Source of the DNA: Planctomycetota bacterium
Lineage (GTDB): Bacteria > Planctomycetota > JAJSAM01 > JAJVHW01
Length of the DNA stretch: 59,659 nt
Direction of reading: 5' to 3'
Assembly (NCBI GenBank): GCA_022072415.1
Contig: JAJVHW010000003.1
Coordinates: forward strand, 1 to 59,659
In this document: piece after piece, positions 10,471 to 21,836 of the stretch
Numbering within the stretch: the first letter of the stretch is position 1
How the letters are laid out: every line of letters begins with the position of its first letter
The notes under the pieces: model-generated
Database searches by the model: none
The model's input: only the letters and a program-made list of their open reading frames with translations
What the model was told of the DNA's origin: nothing
Translations under genes and position numbers: made by a program

Positions 10471-10575
10471 CCGGACATCCATCGTCCGCCGTCGCCCGAG
10501 CGGAGGCCCGACAGGGACGGACGACGCAGCGAAGCCGCATCCCGCGTCCCTCGGCGAAGGGAGCACGATGTCCGA

Positions 10576-10821
10576 GCCCGGATCATTCACGAGGGTTCGC
10601 GCGAGAACGGCATTCAACTCGCGGACTGCCTGCGTTGTACGTCGATACTGTACGTCGATTCCGCCGACGGCCGCCCGGCGACAGACTGTCCTGGCCGAGA
10701 TCCGCGGGATGCGATGCAAGGAGGAGACCGCAGAGCGACTTCGGCAAGTCGGTCAAGGGCTCCGACGCAGCAGCGCGCCCGCGGGCTCGGCCAGGCGCGA
10801 ACCTTCGTGAATGATCCGGGC
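10576..10821. repeat. MITE-like / long-hairpin element with 27-bp terminal inverted repeats
   Basis: 10576-10602 GCCCGGATCATTCACGAGGGTTCGCGC is the reverse complement of 10795-10821 at 26/27 positions. The mismatch is a G:U pair on the + strand. The interior is lower in GC and has a tandem TGTACGTCGAT x2 (10636-10659). Confidence 0.6.
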
Positions 10822-10842
10822 CAGCACTGGATGCGAGCGGGT

Positions 10843-11703
10843 TCACGCCAGCGGAGTGCCGCGGACGAGGAGCACCGACGTCGGACTCGCCGAGGCCACG
10901 GCGCGGGCCACGCTGCCGAGCACCGCGCGCGACGCGCGCGACCGCTCGCTGGTCCCGACGATCACCAGGTCGGCCCCGATCCGCTGCGCCTCCTCCACGA
11001 CCATCGCCGCAGGACTCCCCTCGAGGACGCGCACGGCCACGGGCTTTCCGCCGGTCGGGACCGCGGCCACCCGCCGCTCGACGTCCTTCGTGATCTTCGC
11101 GAGCAGCCGCTCACCGACGTGATGCGTCCCCGCCCCGGGCGTGACCAGCGGGAGCAGATATCGGGCGGGGCTCGCGACGTGGGCGACCTCCACGTCGGCG
11201 CCGAGCGCGCGCGCCAGCGACACCGCGGTGCGGAGCGCCGGTCCGGCTCCCGCTCCGCGGTCGATCGCGACGAGGATGCGCTTCAGCTCGCCGGTCCCGC
11301 CCGGTCGCGCGACGAGAACCGCGCCTTTCGCGCGGCGGATGACCTGCTCCGTGACGCTTCCGAGAAGCACCTTCTTCCATCCCGTGACGCCGTGCGGAGC
11401 GACGACGAGCAGCGACGCCCCCGTCTCGCGCACGTGATCGAGGATCCCGCCGGGCACGTCGTCCACGACGGAAGCGGAGACCGTCGTCCCGGGCGCGCCG
11501 TCCGCGTGGCGCCGCGCCACGGCGTCGGCGCCCGCGCGCGCCCGTTCCAGCGCGACGCCCGCATCGTCGGCCGCCGCCGAGTGCACGGCGCAGAAGACGT
11601 CGAGCTTCGCGCCCGTCGCGGACGCGATCCGCGCCGCGACCTCCGCGGCCTTCCCGCTGTCCGACGAGAGATCGGTCGCGACGACGTACACGTTCCCGGC
11701 CAT
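10843..11703 (-). CDS. tandem-domain universal stress protein (UspA family)
   Basis: ORF 10843..12021 trimmed to the ATG at 11701-11703, which has a GAGGAGG RBS. Two Usp domains ('ASLLVVAPHGVTGWKKVLLGSVTEQVIRRAKGAVLVAR', 'ADLVIVGTSERSRASRAVLGSVARAVASASPTSVLLVR'). Confidence 0.85.
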   Translation of the reverse strand: MAGNVYVVATDLSSDSGKAAEVAARIASATGAKLDVFCAVHSAAADDAGVALERARAGADAVARRHADGAPGTTVSASVVDDVPGGILDHVRETGASLLVVAPHGVTGWKKVLLGSVTEQVIRRAKGAVLVARPGGTGELKRILVAIDRGAGAGPALRTAVSLARALGADVEVAHVASPARYLLPLVTPGAGTHHVGERLLAKITKDVERRVAAVPTGGKPVAVRVLEGSPAAMVVEEAQRIGADLVIVGTSERSRASRAVLGSVARAVASASPTSVLLVRGTPLA

Positions 11704-12168
11704 CGATGCCTCCTCGCTCGGGAGGACGGTCCGCGGGATGTCGGCGCGGCCGACCTCGTCCTGCACGCACAACGCTAGCTCCGCGGCCGCCCGATCCGGG
11801 GTGACCGAGGTCATGCTCCGCGCAGCCCCCGTGGCGGGCGCGGCGGAGGTGGCGGCGGAAGCGTGACGGTCGTCACCGGCACCGGACGGGCGACGGGCTG
11901 CTTCCCGTGGAGTCGAGGCGGCGCATGCCGTCTTCGTCGCAATGCGACTCAGCCACCCCTCGTGACGGACGACGACAGGCTCGTCGGCCTCGTCACGGGT
12001 GCCGGGCTGCTCGCGCCCCATCCGACCTGCATACAGCGGTTCGGCACGCGCCTGACCGAGCCCATCACGGGCTCTCCCGCGGACCCCGCCGCCTCGATGC
12101 CGCCCCTCACCGTCGCGCTCGCGAACTCCTCCGCGGGCGCCGCGGAACGTCGTGGGTCGGGACGATGC

Positions 12169-13368
12169 CTACCGGCCGCCGCCGCTCCCGACGGCCTCGA
12201 CCCGCACATCGGCGTGGAGCTTGAGCTCCCCGACGACCCGAAGCGTCTCGACGCCGGGCGGCAGGTGGGAGAGCGCGCAGCGTCCGTGCTCGTCGGTCCG
12301 GCCGACCACGATCGGGCCGCGCTCCGCGTCCTCGGCGAGCGCCGAGATCGCGTCCGGTCCGCCGTCGCTCTCGTGCGGAAGACCGAGGAGGACGCCGGCG
12401 ACGGGGCTGCCGTCGCTCTTCATCGTGCAGACGGCGACCGCCGGCCGCGGAGCCGCGAGCTGGAGCCGGACCGGTCCCTTCCCCGCCGTCACCTTCTTCG
12501 ACGCCGGCGCGCAGCCGGTCGCGTACGCGGTCGCCACCGTCGCGTCGTCGGGGTCACCCCATGCGATCCGCGCGACCCCCTTCTCGTCGGTCCAGCCGCC
12601 GACCAGCCGCGGGCGCGGCGGGAACAGCGCCGAGAAACCGGTCGTGGACAGGACCGCGTCCGGGTCGCCGAGCGTGACCCACGCGCCGGCCAGCGGCTTC
12701 CCGGACGCATCGTCCACGTGGACGAGCGTCGGCTCGGCGGCCTCGAGCTTGAGCGACATCCGCTTCTTGTCGAGCTTCACCCTGCCGACGAAGTCGCGGA
12801 ACCCGTTCGCGCGGACCACGATCCCGTCGTCGTCCTCGGCTCCCGCGATCGCGAACTCACCCTTCGCGTTCGTCAGAACCCACGTCGAGTCGTCGCCCCG
12901 GAGCCCCGCCGCCGCGCGGGCGACCGGCTTGCCCTGACCGTCGGTGACGACTCCGGTCACGGTGCCACCGCCCTCTGCGCCGAATCCCCGCATCCCGCCG
13001 CGACCCTTCGGCCGCGCATCGACCGCGAGGTCGTTCACGCCCGGGTGCCACATCCGCGTCGAGAACACCCACGCGCCGCCCGTCGGCCGCACCCACACGT
13101 CGATCGGTCCGAGAGGCGCGCGCGGGAGCGAGAAGCGACCGTCCGCGTCGGTCGTCGCGGTCACGACATGGTCGCCCGCCGCCGGCGCCCAGCCGATGAT
13201 CCCGGCCGCCACCTCGGCCCTCGCCGCCCCGTCTGCGTCGGTCACGACGCCGCGGAGCGTCGTCGCATCCTCCGCCGCCTCCGCACCGGCGCGCGACTGC
13301 ATCACCGACCCGGCAGCCACCACCCCGGCAAGGACCGCCGGCCCGACGAAACGGAACGCACCGCGCAT
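12169..13368 (-). CDS. secreted carboxypeptidase-regulatory-like domain protein
   Basis: Signal peptide, then repeated 'L.G.V.D..G.P...A' beta-sandwich motifs ('LRGVVTDADGAARAEV', 'VTGVVTDGQGKPVARA'). Confidence 0.7.
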   Translation of the reverse strand: MRGAFRFVGPAVLAGVVAAGSVMQSRAGAEAAEDATTLRGVVTDADGAARAEVAAGIIGWAPAAGDHVVTATTDADGRFSLPRAPLGPIDVWVRPTGGAWVFSTRMWHPGVNDLAVDARPKGRGGMRGFGAEGGGTVTGVVTDGQGKPVARAAAGLRGDDSTWVLTNAKGEFAIAGAEDDDGIVVRANGFRDFVGRVKLDKKRMSLKLEAAEPTLVHVDDASGKPLAGAWVTLGDPDAVLSTTGFSALFPPRPRLVGGWTDEKGVARIAWGDPDDATVATAYATGCAPASKKVTAGKGPVRLQLAAPRPAVAVCTMKSDGSPVAGVLLGLPHESDGGPDAISALAEDAERGPIVVGRTDEHGRCALSHLPPGVETLRVVGELKLHADVRVEAVGSGGGR

Positions 13369-13570
13369 CCGCGGATTGTGCCCGGACCGGCGCCGGGCCG
13401 TCTCGCGGATCCCGGATTTCGGACCGCCCCGCCATCCTCCACACGCGTTCGCGACGCGGACGGGCCAGCCGGGTCGCCCGTGGATCCATGCGCTCTCCGC
13501 CCCCGCGAACCGGCGCCCTTGACTCGGCCGCGGAGCGCGGTGAGTGAAGTGCGTCCCCGCCGAAACGCGT

Positions 13571-14521
13571 TCAGCAGCGGCGTCGCATCGAGCCGAGCGA
13601 CCGCTCGTGCGCGGCGGGCGACCCGAACTTCTGCCCCGAGCGCGCCCACATCTTGTCGATCGTGGTGACGGCTTCCGGTGTCTTGCACGCGGTGTCGCCG
13701 TGGTCGACCGTGACCTCGCCGATCCGTCTCGCGGCCGCGGTCGCGGCCTTTCTCATGGCCGCGCTGCGCCCGCCCATCGCGATCAGCGCGCGGTTCATGG
13801 CGGCGCGCACCTCGTTCGGCGCGGCGTGGATCGATGTCTCGATCGCCGCGACGTGCCGCAGGAGCTCGGCCTCCGGGAACGACTCGTCGAGGTCGGACAG
13901 CCGTGCGAGCAGCGTCCATCCCGTCGCACGGAGCACCTCGTCGGAGGAGCCGAGCCACTCGCGCAGCTTGGCGCGCGCGTGCGGGCCTTCCGCCGCGAGA
14001 GTCGCGATGTAGAGGACGCACATGCGCATCGGATTCTCGACCGCCCATCGGTCGAGCTCGGCCGGCGTGAACGCAGCGGGATCGGCGATCTTCATCGCCA
14101 GGTTCCGCGCGTCCACGTTCCCCGTCGCCCACAGCTCGCGGGCGAGCGCGTGATCGACGTCGATGCGCTTCATCAGCTTGAAGAGGTCGCCGAAGCGGAC
14201 GCCGTACATCGGCCCCGCGGCGCCGTGACGCTGGTAGGTCTTCCGGGTCGGCTCCGACCCGAGACTCTCGAGCGTGCGCATGACCTCGGCAAGCGCCATG
14301 CGCGGCGCGGTCGGCCGCGCCGCCGCGGTCGCACTTGCCGCACGCGCCGGGGACTTCGTCTTCGACTTCGCCGTCGACTTCACGGCCGACGTCGCAGCCG
14401 CCCCCGCCTTGGACGGCGCCGTGCGCCCGCCCTTCTGACCTCGCGCCGGCCGCGCCGCCTTCACAGGCGACACCCTCCCGGGCTTCCCCGTCGACTTCCG
14501 CTCCGTTCGCTTCGCTGGCAT
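13571..14521 (-). CDS. AlkD-like DNA alkylation repair protein with a Lys/Ala/Ser-rich basic N-terminal tail
   Basis: 'TYQRHGAAGPMYGVRFGDLFKLMKRI...ARELWATGNVDARNLAMKI' resembles the DNA_alkylation HEAT-like family. The first ~75 aa are low-complexity and basic. Confidence 0.75.
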   Translation of the reverse strand: MPAKRTERKSTGKPGRVSPVKAARPARGQKGGRTAPSKAGAAATSAVKSTAKSKTKSPARAASATAAARPTAPRMALAEVMRTLESLGSEPTRKTYQRHGAAGPMYGVRFGDLFKLMKRIDVDHALARELWATGNVDARNLAMKIADPAAFTPAELDRWAVENPMRMCVLYIATLAAEGPHARAKLREWLGSSDEVLRATGWTLLARLSDLDESFPEAELLRHVAAIETSIHAAPNEVRAAMNRALIAMGGRSAAMRKAATAAARRIGEVTVDHGDTACKTPEAVTTIDKMWARSGQKFGSPAAHERSLGSMRRRC

Positions 14522-14802
14522 GGCAGCAGCCTACACGGACGACCGCGTCCGCGAACCACCGGTTCCGTCGAACAGGAGCCCGGCGTCGAGGACGGTCACC
14601 CGGCTCCGCTGACCCATGCAGGTCCGGGCGAAGGTCTCGCGCGGTCGAGGCTGAGCATCCACGCCGCAAGGGGCGGCTGGGTGCCGCCGTCGCGCTCTCG
14701 TGCGGCGCCTGCACCCGAAGCGTGCGTGACGGAGGTCACCGTCGAGCGGGGAGAGTCAAGCGACCGCGACATCTCGTGTCGCGACGGAGGTCGGTTGGGT
14801 AG

Positions 14803-17535
<2,733 letters not shown>

Positions 17536-17550
17536 GCGCGGGGCGCGTCC

Positions 17551-17800
17551 CGGCATGGGACGCCGTACAAGGAGGTCCGCCGCTCGTGGGTGCTTGCGCC
17601 GCAGGCGGCAGGGCTCGACGGACGCGACGGCCGGACGCCGCACGCGCGTCGCCACGCCGTCGCGACGCACTTCGTCCAGGGCTGCGGTTCCGTCGCCGAC
17701 CTACAGCGGCAGCTCCGGCACGCCGAACTCGCGACCACGCAGATCTGCGCCAGCGCGCTGTCGGGGAGGCGGCGCGCGACGGTGATGTCGCCGGACTTCG
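17551..17800 (+). pseudogene. 3' remnant of a tyrosine integrase gene (paralogous to 36921-37170)
   Basis: In-frame 'RHGTPYKEVRRSW...TPHARRHAVATHFVQGCGSVADLQRQLRHAELATTQICASA..RRRATVM' aligns with the last ~85 aa of the 35856..37205 integrase. There is no N-terminal part, and the catalytic Tyr position reads Cys. Confidence 0.7.
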
Positions 17801-17808
17801 CAAGCGCG

Positions 17809-20800
17809 TCAGGGAATGCGCAGAGTCACCTCCTCTCCCGTCGAGGGGATGACGTCGCCCGTCGCGACGTTCTCTCGCGGTGACACGCGGACGATCGTCT
17901 CGAACACTCCTTCGGCGAACCCGGTCGACCGGAAGCGACCGTCCGCGTCGGTCGAGACGCTGCGCGTCAGCCACGTCGTCGTGCGGTGGCGGAACAGGAT
18001 CGCCGCGCGTACGCCGCTGCCGTCGGCGCGCAGCACGCGGCCGGCGACCGTGTGCCCGCGGACGAGCGACACGCGGAGCGGCTCGGGACCGGCGCGCGAC
18101 GCGTCGATCTGCTGCGGGACGAACCCCTGCGCGTCGATGTACACGACACCGGTCGCAGGATCGAGGTCACGGACCTCGAACGAGCCGTCGCGGGCCGTCG
18201 CTCCGTCCGAGCCCGGGAAGGGCCCGCGCCGCTCCTTCACCGCCGACGGCACGACGAGGAGCGCGTCCCGGACGGGCTCCTGTCGCTCGTCGACCACCAC
18301 TCCGCGCAGGACGACGCTCCTGACACCGACGAGCCGCACGTCGCGGGCGCCGCCCGGGACCGCGTCGCCGCCGCGCACCGCGGAGAGCCCTCCGCCCCGC
18401 GCGGGAGCGATGAGGTACTCCGCCGCGTGGAGTCCCGACAACTGGAAGCGGCCCGAGGCGCCGGTCGTCGCCGTGCGCTCCGGTCCGCCGGGAACGGGCG
18501 CAGCCTGGAGAGTCACCCCCGCGATGGGCGCGCCCGCCTCGTCCGCGAGAGTTCCGATGATCGTCTCCCCCTCGTCGAGCCGAAGGTCCACGGGCCCGCC
18601 GCCGGCTCGCAGCCCCCACGCCGTCGTCCGCCGGTAGCGCCCGGTGTCCGGGACCTCGTCCGTCGGCCGCGCGGGGGGGACGAGATTCGCGACGAACGCG
18701 ACGCCTGCTCCGGCACCCGACAAGACGAAACCCCCATCTGCCCCCGTGACGGTTCGGAGCACGGGACTCCCGCGATCCTCCGGTCTTGCGATGATCCAGA
18801 CTCCGGGCACGCCCGCGCCATCGGCTCCGAGGACCCGACCCAGGATCGGTGAACCGCGCCGCAGGACGATCCGCAGGTCGCTCCGATCTGCCTCCACATC
18901 GGCGATCTCCTCACGCGCAGCGTCCGGGTGTTCGACCGCGACCACGTGCTTGCGCGCATCAAGTCTCGTCACGACGAACCGGCCCTCGGCCGACGTCGGC
19001 GTGCTGCCGCTCTCCGGAATCGTGCGCACGATGGCGTCCGCAACGGGCGTCCCGTCATCCCACGTGACGGTCCCGGAGATCGATCGCGCCGGGTCCAGTC
19101 GCACCTCGATGAAGTCACCCGGCGACCAGATCTCGACCATGCTTGCGTGCCACCGCACGTGGGACCGCGTGTCTACCGACGCGCCGCGCACCGTCCCCCC
19201 CGGACCTCCGCCGACGAAGGCGAACGAGCCGTCCGTGCCGGTCGTCGCCGAGACGACGTTGCCGTCGAGGATCCACGCCCCGGCGACGGGTCCGCCTGTC
19301 GTCGCGTCCACGACGCGCCCGCGAATCGGTTCGGCGGCGGCCAGCACGAGGTCGGTCCGGTACTCCGAGACGGCGGGGTCCAGGTCCACGAGGTCCGAGA
19401 TCGCGGGCAGCAGGCCGGGCGCGGAGGCGGTGGCCCGGTAGCGCGCCGGTCCGGCCCACGGAAGCTCGCACTCCCACGTCCCATCCGCCTGCACGGGGGC
19501 CTCCGCCCAGAGGAATCTCCTCAGCTCAGCGCTCGCACGTCCCGAGCGCTCGACAAGCACCTGGATGCGAACCGAGCACCCCTCGGGGATCGGCGCGCCC
19601 GAAGCGGTCGTGACGGTCCCTCGCGCCCGCGGCGCCGGTGCCAGGCGGACGTCCCTGCGGATCACCTCGCCCCTCGCGGGCGGCGTCGCGATCAACTCCG
19701 TCTGCGCGAAGCCCGCGGCCGCGACGTCCCAGATCTGCTCGACGCCGCTCGGCGCGCCGTCGATGCGGAACGCACCGTCGGCGCCCGAGGATGTCGGTCC
19801 CACGCGGGCACCCGCGATCGGCGCGTCGCCCGCACCGAGGACGCGCCCCTCGATCGTCCCGCCCGCGGCCGCGCCGGCGGCGCGCGGCTCGAGAGCCAGG
19901 TCGAGTGTCAACGCACCGCCGTCGCGGATCAGGAACGGGAACTGTCGCGTGGGTCCGGTGATCGTCGGCGCAGTTGCGTAACCACCCATCCGCACGACGG
20001 CGCTGTCCACGATCGCGTCGCAGGGACCGGGGAGGAGGTAGCGGCCGAGCGAGTCAGTGACCGCGGGGCCGCACGAGCGCTGCGTCGCGCTCGCCAGCAG
20101 CGTCACCGCGGCGCCGGCGAGCGGCGTCCCGGTCGCGGCGTCGCGCACGACGCCCGAGATGCGCGCGGATCGGCACAGCACGAGGTCGATATCCCCGGCG
20201 GAAGGCAACCTGACGGATGTCGCGGCCGCCCGCGCCTCGATGGACGTGGAGGCGAACACGGCCCCTTCGCGACCGGCGTAGAGCGCGACTGTTCCGTAGG
20301 GCAGACCGCCCATCGTGTAGCGCCCGTCGTCGCCCGAGACCGAGCGCCCTGCGATCAGATCTCCACCGGTACTCGCGAGCACCACTGCGCCTGTCACCGG
20401 CGCGCCCGCCGCGTCCAGAACGCGTCCGCTGACACGGCACTCGCCGACGAGGACGATGTCGATGCGCAGAGGCGCGGACGCACTCGCGAGTCGGAAGTCC
20501 CGCGCCGCGCATCCGCGCCGGTCCGACCGCACGACGATCCGGTAGTCGCGCGCGACCTCGAGGTGTTCGATGCGCGCGAGGCCCAGCGCATCGGTCGTTG
20601 CCTCCGCCGCGGCTCGTGACGCAGGGATGTCCGCAACCCGAGACCCTTCCGCCGCCTCGACGGCCCGGATCGCGGCGGTCGCACCTGCCACCGGCTGCCC
20701 GTTCCAACTGCGGACGGTCAGCTCGACCGCCCCGGGCGCCCCCCGAACGGGCGCGCTTTCGTCCACCGTCGTCGGATCCGCCGTCGCCCGACGCTTCGGC

Positions 20801-21543
20801 GAGGGCACGTCGCCGGCGGCGGACGAGCTCTCGGTGCGCGGTTCCGCGGCGCCCGGGTCCTCGCCTGCGACGTGCAGCGCCGCGCCGACGAACAGAATCA
20901 CCGCGAGCAGCGCGGCGGCCGCCTTGACTTTCGTCCCCATGAGCAGCGCTCCCGCCGCGATCGCCGCGGCCGTTCCGACCGCCGTCGCCGGCGCCCGCGG
21001 CCGCCGGACGAGGGGTGCCAGTGCAAGACACCACGCGCGGCCGTCGCCGCCCGCTTCCGCATCGAGCCGCGCGCGGAGTTGTGCGACGGCTCGCTTCAGC
21101 CGCGTCCGCACGGTCTCGACCGGGACGCCCTCGCGTTCGGCGATCCCGGACGGCGGCAGGTCCTCGAAGAACCGGTAGAGGACCGTGGAGCGGTAGGGCT
21201 CGTCGAGGTCCATGACCGCGTCGACGACGCGCTTGTGGGCGTCGGCGTTCGCGACGAGTTCTTCAGCCGACGGGACCGCTTCGGCGCGTGCCGTCGCCTC
21301 CTGGCGCGCGACCCGGCTCGCCTCAGAGCAACGCGCGTTGGCCCGGTCCCGACGGAGCGCCGTGAAGAGCCATCCTCGCAAGGACCGACCTGAGCGGGGC
21401 GGATGCTGCAGCGCATCCAGCCACAGGCCCTGCTCGAGGTCGTCCGCGTCGTTCTCGTCCCGGACCATCGCGCGGGCCACACGACGAACCCACTCGCGGT
21501 GGGCGAGGAGCTGCTCGATCGGGACGGGGTGGTGCGAACTCAT
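17809..21543 (-). CDS. ECF sigma-70 domain fused to a TM segment and a ~1000-aa extracytoplasmic array of CarboxypepD_reg-like repeats
   Basis: One uninterrupted 1244-aa ORF. N-terminus has sigma region 2 ('DADDLEQGLWLDAL') and region 4 ('PSGIAEREGVPVETVRTRLKRAVAQLR'). A hydrophobic helix lies near aa 190-225. At least 9 '(I/V)xG(R/V)VxDxxGxPVxGAxV' repeats follow. Confidence 0.85.
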   Translation of the reverse strand: MSSHHPVPIEQLLAHREWVRRVARAMVRDENDADDLEQGLWLDALQHPPRSGRSLRGWLFTALRRDRANARCSEASRVARQEATARAEAVPSAEELVANADAHKRVVDAVMDLDEPYRSTVLYRFFEDLPPSGIAEREGVPVETVRTRLKRAVAQLRARLDAEAGGDGRAWCLALAPLVRRPRAPATAVGTAAAIAAGALLMGTKVKAAAALLAVILFVGAALHVAGEDPGAAEPRTESSSAAGDVPSPKRRATADPTTVDESAPVRGAPGAVELTVRSWNGQPVAGATAAIRAVEAAEGSRVADIPASRAAAEATTDALGLARIEHLEVARDYRIVVRSDRRGCAARDFRLASASAPLRIDIVLVGECRVSGRVLDAAGAPVTGAVVLASTGGDLIAGRSVSGDDGRYTMGGLPYGTVALYAGREGAVFASTSIEARAAATSVRLPSAGDIDLVLCRSARISGVVRDAATGTPLAGAAVTLLASATQRSCGPAVTDSLGRYLLPGPCDAIVDSAVVRMGGYATAPTITGPTRQFPFLIRDGGALTLDLALEPRAAGAAAGGTIEGRVLGAGDAPIAGARVGPTSSGADGAFRIDGAPSGVEQIWDVAAAGFAQTELIATPPARGEVIRRDVRLAPAPRARGTVTTASGAPIPEGCSVRIQVLVERSGRASAELRRFLWAEAPVQADGTWECELPWAGPARYRATASAPGLLPAISDLVDLDPAVSEYRTDLVLAAAEPIRGRVVDATTGGPVAGAWILDGNVVSATTGTDGSFAFVGGGPGGTVRGASVDTRSHVRWHASMVEIWSPGDFIEVRLDPARSISGTVTWDDGTPVADAIVRTIPESGSTPTSAEGRFVVTRLDARKHVVAVEHPDAAREEIADVEADRSDLRIVLRRGSPILGRVLGADGAGVPGVWIIARPEDRGSPVLRTVTGADGGFVLSGAGAGVAFVANLVPPARPTDEVPDTGRYRRTTAWGLRAGGGPVDLRLDEGETIIGTLADEAGAPIAGVTLQAAPVPGGPERTATTGASGRFQLSGLHAAEYLIAPARGGGLSAVRGGDAVPGGARDVRLVGVRSVVLRGVVVDERQEPVRDALLVVPSAVKERRGPFPGSDGATARDGSFEVRDLDPATGVVYIDAQGFVPQQIDASRAGPEPLRVSLVRGHTVAGRVLRADGSGVRAAILFRHRTTTWLTRSVSTDADGRFRSTGFAEGVFETIVRVSPRENVATGDVIPSTGEEVTLRIP

Positions 21544-21836
21544 GCCTCAGTGAAGGAGCCGAGACGGCGGGGGCTGGTGGTTCAGGCCAAGGCGGGATTC
21601 TCGCCGCGCACCACGATGCGCATGCGGCGTGAATCGCCGGGCGACCGCGACCGCGATCCGGGAAACCTGCATGACGGGGACGAGCGGACGGCAGCGGGTG
21701 GGCATTCGCGGGACCGGGCAGCCAGCCTGGCAGCAGGCGCCCTGCGGTCGGTCGAGTGCGCGTGTCGTCGGGCCTGACGTCGCGGACAAGTGCTCGCGCG
21801 CCATCGACGAGGTAGGTCTCCTCCTCGGGGGAAGCG

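Noticed and set aside
10568-10810. 80-aa ORF inside the inverted-repeat element
   Set aside because: It spans the repeat arms, has no RBS and has odd composition. The region is better explained as a non-coding structured or mobile element.
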